Source: Eledone cirrhosa
Taxonomy: Eukaryota
Reading direction: 5' to 3'
Assembly: GCA_964016885.1 (NCBI GenBank)
Contig: OZ024741.1
Location: forward strand, 196,106,001 to 196,170,000
Length of the DNA: 64,000 nt
Under the pieces are notes generated by a model. It had not been told where the DNA came from, did no database searches, and worked only from the letters and a program-made list of their open reading frames with translations. Shown piece by piece: positions 53,986 through 64,000 of this stretch. Made by a program: the position numbers and the translations under genes. Position 1 is the first letter of the stretch. Each line of letters opens with the position of its first letter.

Positions 53986-55848
53986 CACTGGTCAACAAAA
54001 TTTTGCTTTTCTTCTGCTGACCTAAGTTTGAGACTTGTTCTTGAGTAATTTGGGGCCGCTGAGTTTTAAAATGACAATACTTTTTTCTATCACATCAATT
54101 TTTTTTAGAAGTCATGGGCCCCGCACAACGTATGTAAACCATGTGTCGAAAGTCTACGTCAATGGACAAAGAGCACAAGGAAACAACTGGTAGGCGGGAG
54201 TCAAAGAACCATGCAGAAGATTGCTACTTTTGTCTCACAAAGACATCTGGTTATAGCAAGAAAACTCAACAGAAAATAAGTAACCCAAATCTGGATTCAG
54301 CAATTCGTCCCGTGCTTCACTCATATGAAGTACCAGTACCCGTTTACACAGAATTACCTTCACTGGAAGATGGTAGTGATATATGTATATCAGATGAAAA
54401 TCATGAACATAACAGTGATACAGACTTTGTAGATACAGCAACCAAGGTACGTAAAAACTTCAACCAGGCAGAACTAAATGATTTAGTTAGAGACTTAGGC
54501 CTGTCAAAAGAGTTATTAGAACTGTTAGTTTCTAGACTTAAAGAGAAAAGAATATGCTGCAGAAAGAAACAAATGTAACTTTTTAGCAGAACAGGGGAAA
54601 AAGGTCTCTTGACATTCTTTAAAATTGAAAAACATTTTTATTTACTGTTGTGACGTGGCGGGACTGTTAAAAGTGATGTTGCTCAACAGTATGATTCTTA
54701 TGAATGGAGACTCTTTATAGATAGTCCAAAGAAGAGTCTTAAACGTGTATGATTCCATAATTGTTTCTACTTTTGGCACAAGACCAGCAATTATCCCAGT
54801 GCATTACTGGTACTTTATTTTATCGACCCCGTAAGGATGAAAGGCAAAGTTAACCTCGGAGGGATTTGAACTCAGATCATAAAGGGACGTAACTCTATGC
54901 GCCAAAGCATGGCGTCTGACTCTCTACCGATACTGCCAATCCACAAATGTGTGGATCTGAAAATGGCCAATTTTTTATTTGGTCAACAAGGAGGATATAC
55001 AAAATATCCGTGTTTCCTGTGTTTATGGGATAGCAGCGAAAGACAAATATTGGGAACAGAAACACTGGCCAGTTAGGAAAAGTTTGACAGTTGGGAATAT
55101 CATACACCAAGAGAAAATCACCTTTCCACCTCTCCACTATGAATAATGAAGTAGTTTGTCAAATCTCTTAATGTGGAGGGTGACTGCTTCAATTCATATG
55201 TACAACATTTCCTGGCCTAAGTTATGATAAAATAAAGGCTGGTGTTTTTGACCGGACACAAATCAGAAAGTTAATAGCTTTCATTTTTAAGGCTGCAATA
55301 TGAGCATAATGATTCATTTCCTCAAGATCCATCTCTATGAATTTCCTGCTAATGTGGGAGACGTGAATGATGCGCATGGCAAGCGCTTCCATCAAGATAT
55401 CAAGGTTATGGAGGAGAGATATCAAGATAGATGGAACACACACATAATGGCAGACTACCATTGGAGTATTCAAAGAGACTGTGTAGATGAGGAACTCTCC
55501 AAGCGCTCTCGTAAGTGAAAATTTGTTCCATGAATATGTTGGCTAGTGTGCGATTGTTTGTGCTTTATCCATTTTATTTTAGAATTAACAAGATGTATTT
55601 AATAAAAGGTGATGCTATCTTATGTTTCATCTATCAGATAAGATTCTATTGACATTATAACTTATGGTTTCAAGCTATAAGACTTAGTAATCCCCTCTAA
55701 ATAAATTATATTATTCATATAGAGCATAATAAATTAGCGATGTGCTATAAAAGGAAAACCTGATGTTTAGGAAAAAATTGATGCCATATTTGAAATTAGC
55801 TAAAAATAACAACAAAACCTAAGTCAGCAAAAAGTGTGTTGACCAGTG
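53986..55848 (+). mobile_element. Chapaev3-like (CMC) DNA transposon, decayed
   Basis: TIR CACTGGTCAACA...TGTTGACCAGTG with TTA TSD on both sides; transposase motifs HAEDCYFCL, FNQAELNDLVRDLGLSKE, GYTKYPCFLCLWDS, HGKRFHQDIKVMEERYQ...MADYHW. Confidence 0.82.
54759..54943 (-). mobile_element. SINE family A inserted in the Chapaev3-like element
   Basis: Full-length SINE sequence. Confidence 0.88.
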
Positions 55849-56479
55849 TTATCTCCTTATAATATATAACCAGCAATTTCTCTGTCTGTCTGTCCGACAG
55901 TGGAAACACGTGCGCGTGTGCGAATGTTTTTTGCGCACGCGACGCGTAGAGAGAGAGTGAGAGTGAAAGAAAGAGACAGACTACAAGAAGGGGATAGCGG
56001 GAGGGAGAGAGCGGGAAATTGAGGAGTGCTACAGAAACATATATACATTTCTGTGTGTGTGTAATATATATATATATATATATACACACACAGAAATATA
56101 TATACATTTCTGTGTGTGTAATATATATATATATATACACACACACAGAAATGTATATATATTTCTGTGTGTATATATATATATATTACACACACAGAAA
56201 TGTATATATATATACACACAGAAATGTATATACATCCCTTAGCTACTGTACTGTATCTGTTGCTATCTCTCTCTCTCTCTCCAGCTATCCCTCTCTTTTA
56301 GTCTGTCTGTTTCTCTCACTCTCACTCTTTCTCTTTGTAACACACTAACATTCCTCCCCTCTATCGCTGTGACGAATGGGAAGATGGAGGAGGAAGAGAG
56401 AGTCACTTCGTCACTTCGTCACTTCACCTCTGCCTTTCTTTCTCTCCCCTCTCACTCCCTCATTACGTACAGACATTAG

Positions 56480-56648
56480 GGCGGTGGATTGGCAGAATCT
56501 GTAGAGAGTTGGACACCATGCTTCATAGCATGGAGTTACGTCCCTTTACAGTCTGAGTTCAAATACCGCCGAGGTTAACTTTGCCTTTCATCCTCACGGG
56601 GTCGATAAAATAAAGTACCAGTAATGTACTGGGTAATTGCTGGCCTTG
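56480..56648 (+). mobile_element. SINE family A, 3'-truncated by a Helitron-like 5' end
   Basis: GGCGGTGGATTGGCAG head to GGCCTTG, then TCTATATATC. Confidence 0.85.
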
Positions 56649-57100
56649 TCTATATATCTAAAACAGAGAATGTCTGTCTGTCTGTCTATCTCTCAGCTCC
56701 CTAAAACTCGAGAACCACCCAACCGATTGTTTTCAAACTTTACACATGTAATACTTATGGTCCTGTGAGTGTTTTGAGAAAAGAAATTTCAAATTTGCAA
56801 TGCCCTAGGGACTGCATTAGGCGATTTAGCGATCTCTCTCTATAATTCTTAGTCTTTCTTTTTAGATAGATACATAGATATAACGTTGCGCTCTTATAAT
56901 ATCTGTCTGTATGTCTGGCTGTCTGCATTACGACATTATGACGCTGTGTTTGTGTGTATATGTATATATAATGTGTATGTATATAGTGTGTAACGTTTTT
57001 CGAAATATTTACTTCTGCGTTCACAGATTAATTTTTTTAGTTTCAGAAGATCCCGTTAAGGGTGAAAGCAGCGATTCTTTGCTTAAACTTTAATCTGTTA

Positions 57101-57106
<6 letters not shown>
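56649..57106 (+). mobile_element. Non-autonomous Helitron 5' portion
   Basis: TC start, (TCTG)n, and segments shared with 34680-34810 and 35090-35200. Confidence 0.7.
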
Positions 57107-57168
<62 letters not shown>

Positions 57169-57543
57169 ATATTAATAAATGGAAACTATATTTATAAAAC
57201 CATAATTATTTTATTATATATATTTCAAGGGCAACCAAGGCAAATTATGGTGCGCTTTCATCAGATAAAATACAGATTTGTTTTATAAATAAATATTGAC
57301 ATACCCGGAAAAAAGACAACCTTAACGGTTGATGTTCCCAAGGGAACTTCAACCGTTAAGGTTGTCTTTATATATGTATATATTAGTATCAGTGCTCTGA
57401 AATAGCGATGTACGTATGTATAGTATATTTGTTAATATACTGTACTACGTTTATTTAAAAACATTTTGCAGGCCATTCGCTATGAGTTTTAAAGTAGTGA
57501 CTGTGTGTATGTATGCATACTTACACACACACACACACACACA

Positions 57544-57598
<55 letters not shown>

Positions 57599-57601
<3 letters not shown>

Positions 57602-58156
57602 GGGCGGGTAAAATTCCCGAAATCCATGGACGAGTTCTCTCCAGCGGTCTCTGTCCCTCATTACCGCTGCCATGTCCTGCGTCTCCAAGAGACCAGTGTC
57701 TACCCTTAGGGCGCCAACATATGTTAGCCTCGGTCTTCCTCTTCCAGTGTGTCCATGTAGGGGCTCCCACAGGAGCACTGAGTGCAGTGTCAACTCTGGA
57801 TGTCGGTGAGCATGTCCAGCTAACCTCAGTCTCCTCTGTGTCACTTTTAAGCTGACTTTTGTGAGGCTCCCATACAGCTCTGAGTTCTTCATCCTCAGTC
57901 TATACTGATTAATGTTCAGAGCGATCCTCAGCATTCTCGTGTAGCACCCATCCACCATCTGAGTGAGTTTCTTGGTCAGTGTCCAAGTCCCAGACCCGTA
58001 CAGCAGCACAGACTCCAATACAGCAACGAAGAGGCGGATCTTCAGGTCTTTACGAAGGTCCGACTTCCACACCGATCTCAAGCTGTGGCACGCCGCCCAG
58101 GCTTTGCGTTTCCTCTCGACCACATCATCTTCCGCATTCCCAATCTCTGCTCCCAA
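57599..58156 (-). mobile_element. 3' fragment of the same LINE family as 45773-47094, flanked by (TA)n/(CA)n
   Basis: YLGAEIGNAEDDV...RLRLAGHAHRHPEL...EFYPP*. Confidence 0.92.
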
Positions 58157-58158
58157 AT

Positions 58159-58319
<161 letters not shown>

Positions 58320-58355
58320 CACATATATACACACACACATATATGTGTGTGTGTG

Positions 58356-58640
58356 TCTATCTGGGAAGTACACTTAGTAGAGATGGTAGCCTCGATGCTG
58401 AAATAGATCTCAGGATTGCGAAAGCGACTCTTGCCTTCAAGAAGCTAGAAAAGCGAATGTGGTCAAATCGGGGTATCGTGAGAAACACAAAGCTCTCTGT
58501 GTATGAGGCAAATGTTATAACAGCATTGCTATACGGATGCTAAACGTGGACAACTTACAGGTATCACACCAGAAAGCTGGAAAGGTTTCATCAGTATAGT
58601 ACCCAACGCATACGGAACATCAAGTAGTCACAAAAGTCAC
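58356..58640 (+). mobile_element. RTE/BovB-like C-terminal fragment
   Basis: YLGSTLSRDGSLDAEIDLRIAKA...TKLSVYEANVITALLYGC*TWTTYR. Confidence 0.8.
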
Positions 58641-58791
58641 CTGTGTGCACATGATCGTGCAATGTTCAATGAAGTTATGACACTGCTTTGACAAGAAGTA
58701 GCCATCAACATGTATGTATGTATGTATGTATGTATGTATGTATGTATGTATGTATGTATGTATGTATGTTTGTATGTATATATGTATGTAT

Positions 58792-61700
58792 GTTCTTCTG
58801 GTTTTATAATTTCACAAAGGATTACCAAAGACGTACAAAACTTACCAAACTAAAGGAGCTTCCAGCGCCCCACAAATCTTCAAACGCCCCCCCCCTCCTA
58901 ACGCCCATTGGTCCAAATTCCGCCCTGGACCTCCGAAATGCCCCCCTTTGAGAACCTTTGCTCTAGGAGAATTCACTCATATTAAACCTGCGACTTCGTT
59001 TGTATCCAGTAATGTAGACAAGTTCTTATTTTGGGGCAAATACATTTGATGTTCAGAGAGTGGGATTGGCTCCGTGCAAAGCCTTTTCTCACTTAAAAAA
59101 GCTTCAAGCACAGGCATCGCTTGATATGTGACATTTCTTTACGATGTGTAGTGACCTACATCCGCTTCAGATGCATGGTATTGCGATGCATGGTATTGCT
59201 GTATGTATGTATGTATGTATGTATGTATGTATGTATGTATGTATGTATGTATGTATGTTCTTCTGGTTTTATAATTTCACAAAGGATTACCAATAGAGAG
59301 AGAGTCGGTTTCTAACATAGACACAAGACTCTCTCATTGGAATTTACACAACATCAACTAGGTAGATATGTATGCATGCATGTGTAGATATGGATGTTAT
59401 TGTATGTGTGGATGTGGATGTTTTGAGTTGTATGTGTGCATGTGTATATGCTTTGCATCTGTACATGTGTATATGCAGTTATTAGATGCAACATTTTTGG
59501 AATGTTTTACATATTTTTTCTGTTTCATTAATGGATCGTACTTGTAATTTCCTAACTAGTTGTGTTCTTTCTGTTCCTGTGAAGCCTAGCTTCTCAAGAT
59601 TTGTATTGAGGCAGTTACTAACATACACCAGTGCCCCAATAATCATAAATCTGAAGGTGTAATCAGGGTGGAGTATCTGCAGATTTCTCATCAGTTCTGC
59701 ATAAATATTCTCCTTTTCACTAATATTTGATATTATATTGGCATCTGCTGGGCAGCTAATTTCCACTACTTTGCATGCTTTCTTCTCGCTGTCCCATATC
59801 ATAATATCTGGTCTGTTATACCTGCATTTTATTGGGGCTTTGACTGGAACATTCCACCAGTACTCTTTCATATTATGTACATGGATGTCTTCCACATTGC
59901 TGTAGCTTTTAATGTGTTTATTATCGGGGTTTTCTTTTTTACGGATTGCATTGTACAGTGTTTTGGCCACTACATCATGCCTCATAGGTAGATAGTACCG
60001 CAATGACATCTTTGGACAGCTGCTAATGACATGGGTGATATCCTCGATGTTAGTTCTGCAGAGTCTGCACTTGTTATCACATCTAGGTGTTTTGCCTGCA
60101 TCCCTATCTCTTTTGTGAATCAGGTATTTCGTATTAATTTCCTGTTCTTGGATTGCAAAAGCGTATCCTTCAAAGTGTGAGCCAATATAGCGTTTGTTGG
60201 TCCAAGATAGACTACTTTCCTTATCTATATTACTCTCACTCTGGAGCTTCCTGGCAACATATCCATGCATGGTTTTTTGCTGATAAGCATGCAGTTTTTC
60301 ATCCATGGATTCACTGCGATACTGCTGAGCGACTTCCCTGGGTGTGAGTTTTTGATTATCACACAGGGAATATCTCTCGAGGAGTTCCTTCCAAACTCTC
60401 ATGATCTTATCTATTTCATGCAGATAGACTTGCTCGAGAGACGGGCTCCTACGCTTCGAGGCTGGTAGATGTTGTCGGAGAGATATGATGCGACATTCAA
60501 ATGTTGTCTGGACTGATGTTAGGCCTCTGCCTCCCTGCTTACGTTTCAAGTAAAGGCGGTCTATATCACTGTTGATGTGGAAGTTTCCGGTGTTGTTTAG
60601 TATTTTTCAAGTTCCAACATCAACTGCTCGGATTTCGTCTATCGTCCAATTGAGTATTCCAAACGTTTCTGTTAGGACAGGCACAGCAAACACATTGTGA
60701 GCTACTGTTTTGTTTTGCGCAGAGAGTTCCGATGACCAGATCTTTCTTAATCGGGTGTAGTATTCCCTGGTTACGCGTTCCTTATTCCAGATACCATTAT
60801 AGGATATGTTCTCATCTATCCCCAGGTATCTGTAGCAGCAGTCCTCATCAGATATCGGTGAAACAGTTAGGCCATTGATGACAATGTTGCTAGACTGGGT
60901 TGTTGTTTTTCCCTGCTTTACAGTCATATATGAGCATTTATCTTGGCCAAACTCCATTTCTATATACTTTGAGAACGTTGTAACCAGGTCAAGATTTTTC
61001 TTCATCCCATCCATGTTCTTGGCATAGAGTTTCAGATCATCCACAAAGAAATTATGGGTTAGGTTCGTATTTCTGTCCTCCTGTGAGCCAATGATGTATC
61101 CTTCACATTTCTTGAGCAGAAAGGACAAGGGGTTTAATGACAAGATGAATAATATCACAGAGAGACTGTCCCCCTGAAATATACCCCTGCAATATTTTAT
61201 TTTATCAGTGAAAATAGAGTCCTCCCTCTTCATCCAAGAGTGGGGAACAGAATCGAAAGCTTTCCTGTAGTCCAGCCAGACTGTAGCCATATTCTTCCTA
61301 TGTTGTCGCACCTCCGACATCGCAGTTTTGTTGATTAGGAGTTGTTCAGCACATCCCCAAACCCTTTTCTTTCCAGCTGCTTGTTCATCTGTGATGTTAT
61401 TATTTTCACAGTGATCTTGGAGGAATAGGTTCAGGCAGGCTGTATACATCTTATACATCAGGTTCTGGCATGCAATGGGTCGGTAGTTTTTTGGCAAGTG
61501 GGTGTCTTTGTTCTTGGGGACCAGTGATGTTTGTGCTAATGTCAACCATTCTGGTATAAGTGTATATCCCTTAAAAACTTGTTGGTAGAGGTCAGTAAGA
61601 TACCTCCGATAGAATATCAGTTTTTTGTACCAGTAGCTGACAATCATGTCTCTTCCTGGTGTTTTCTTATCTTGGAGTTTTCCTATCACAGTCTCAAGGG

Positions 61701-62920
61701 TGCCCTCACTTATTTCGTATGTTTTTGTTGTAGTGTAGGAGCAAAAGTTCTTTCGGATTTCTTTTAGTCACACTGCATCTTGGTTGAAATTCTTCTTTTC
61801 ACCCCATATTTTGCTCCAAAAGGAATCTATGTCTTTCTGGGATGGGGCCTCAGTGACACTTATTATTTTATATCTCTATAGACTGATGTTTGGTTTCGTC
61901 TGAATCTTTTATTAAGCACTTTTCTCTCATCTACCTTCTTCAGGTATCGGCGTTTTTCGCTAACAGCTCTCAATTCTTGTTTGAGGGTGATCAGCTTATA
62001 TTGAAGAGTTCTGGTTCTACTGTTACCAAACATCGTCTCTATTTTATTTTTCACTCTTTATTGGTGAGGAGTGAAGTTTTTTTGTGTTTGTTTGCATGTA
62101 AGGAGCATTGTCACATATCCTATGGTTTTTCGTAGGTCAGCAATCTTTTTGTCTATTTTAGTTATATATGATGGTATTTTTGGTGGTGTTTTATTCTTTT
62201 TAATATCTCTGCTATCACCAAGAAAATGCTTTACTGTCGTTGCTAAGGCATATAAACAGGCGTTGATTTGCCAAAATGTTGGGGTTTTTATCCGTCGTAA
62301 ATATTCATCCCCTATTTCGTCAATAACACGCAATATTTCATTATTTGGTTTTTTATTAAACATTGTCGTTTTAATACGTTCAGCAAGAGAGATGTTTATA
62401 CATGAATTAATTTCTCTCTGGAAGATTTCGTTGAGGGAAATTTTCAATTGTTTATACTTTTGATTATTATCATTATCGATAGTATTTTCCACAACAGTCG
62501 AGGTAGACTCGGATGGTACACGTGGTGTCAAATTTCTTCGATTATTATTATTATCGATAGTGCTTTCCCCAACATTCGAGGTAGACTTAGATGGTACACG
62601 TGGTGTCATGTTTCTTACAGGCATAGTTGTTTCAAGGCGCTGTTCGACCTATCTGCTAGGAAGTCTAGTAGCATGGCACGTGTTGTTGATCCCATGTTTG
62701 TTGTGGGGGACTTACAATTAATAATATGTAAAATGAATTATGTATTTAGTCGGATATCTCTACGAATTCGAATAAAAGGTGTCTTCAGAAGATATAGTTA
62801 GAAGAATAACCAGTTATTCAACATGACTGTAGTTGTGGCATTACTGTCGGAGATAGTATTCATCTTAAATTTAATAAATAGTCTCCCACGCCAAAATATG
62901 CGACTGATCGCGTTGACTGT
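58792..62920 (-). mobile_element. Near full-length R4/Dong-clade non-LTR retrotransposon (RT, CCHC, restriction-like endonuclease), inactivated
   Basis: NYRPIAC, WLDYRKAFDSVPHSW, GIFQGDSLS, FFVDDLKLY, YRYLG, GGRGL, CRLC...EDITHVISSC, RHD, RPDIMIWD...EISCP; frameshifts and an RT internal deletion. Confidence 0.9.
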
Positions 62921-63054
62921 GTGTGTGTGTGTATATATATATGTATGCATGTATGTATGTATGTATGTATGTTCTTCTGGTTTTATAATTTCACAATTTT
63001 TTCCCCAATAGAGAGAGATGTATGTATGCATGTATGTAAATATGTAAGTATGTA

Positions 63055-63348
63055 TGAAAGCGCGTGCCTTTCACAATCGTGAGGTTGCGAGTTCGATTCC
63101 CCGATCAGTCGACGCGTTGTCTCCTTGAGCAAGACACTTTATTTCACGTTGCTCCCGTTCACTCGCTGTAGTTGCAACGTTATTGGTGCCTAGCTGTATC
63201 GGCCTTTGCTTTTCCCTTGGACAACATTGGTGGCATGGAGAAGGGAGACTGGTATGCATGGGCGACTGCTGGTCTTCCATAAAAACACTTTGTCCGGGCT
63301 TGTTTCGGAAGGGAACTTTCTAGGAGCAATATCCATTGTCATTCGTGA
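63055..63348 (+). mobile_element. CORE-type tRNA-derived SINE followed by (GAA)n (63350-63501)
   Basis: B-box GAGTTCGATTCC and CORE-like CCTTGAGCAAGACACTTTA; fragments also at 38420-38455 and inverted at 11415-11480. Confidence 0.7.
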
Positions 63349-63599
63349 TAGAAGAAGAAGAAGAAGAAGAAGAAGAAGAAGAAGAAGAAGAAGAAGAAGA
63401 AGAAGAAGAAGAAGAAGAAGAAGAAGAAAAAGAAGAAGAAGAAGAAGAAGAAGAAGAAGAAGAAGAAGAAGAAGAAGAAGAAGAAGAAGAAGAAGAAGAA
63501 GATAGCTAGCTAGCTGAGACAATAAGGCTCAATGGGTCTCAACTACCAACAGTTAGCTTCATCCAGGAAGATGTAGCCAAACAATATAATCAATGAGAT

Positions 63600-64000
63600 C
63601 AATACAGACCTAACAGATATGGTTTAAATAAGAGAGTGGTGTCCTGTCGCAAACTGTCTGAGACTGGTAGGATAAAACAGTTGTTAGTTTGAACAACTGT
63701 TAAGTCGATGTCTACAAGATGAACATGGGTAGGCATGGAATTCCAAGTGGTTGACCTTCTGAGGCGGAAAGGTTAGATATGGTTTGTCTGATGTCTGGGG
63801 ACGAGATTTATTATCGCTGATAAAAGGGGGATAAAGAGAATATGCAGATGGCTAGTTCATATCAGCAAAAGCTATTTTTCTGGTAGGAGAACATACAGAA
63901 TCAGGAAGTATTGGAGTGTATTAGTGAGTGGGTATTTATCAAATCAGTCATATGGCCTTCAGATGCGGTCGCTGATACGGGCGTAGAAGCACTACTCCAT
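63600..64000 (-). mobile_element. Possible decayed CR1/L2-like LINE 3' end
   Basis: Minus strand has an R...TTWNSMP-like C-terminal motif; weak. Confidence 0.35.

Overview
AT-rich, repeat-dense animal DNA. The SINE families, RTE LINEs with (GAT)n tails and microsatellite load suggest a coleoid cephalopod, probably an octopus (inference). The ORF track misses the main host gene, which I reconstructed by hand: a spliced phosphonopyruvate decarboxylase (Ppd/AepY, ThDP-dependent, phosphonate/2-aminoethylphosphonate biosynthesis) on the + strand. It has 8 phase-compatible coding exons from 3973 to a TAA at 36552-36554 (about 350 aa), one GC-AG intron, and its first exon(s) upstream of the window. 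The rest is nested mobile DNA: RTE LINEs (one family has a PHD-type finger inside the RT region, another sits in (TA)n arrays), R4/Dong-like RLE LINEs tied to (CATA)n arrays, Penelope-like GIY-YIG elements with hammerhead ribozyme motifs and inverted repeats, a deleted CsRn1-type Gypsy with two non-matching LTRs, hAT-Charlie, Helitron and Chapaev3-like transposons, tRNA-derived SINEs and a 59-bp minisatellite. All family assignments come from motif recognition without database searches, and TE boundaries are approximate unless a TSD is given.
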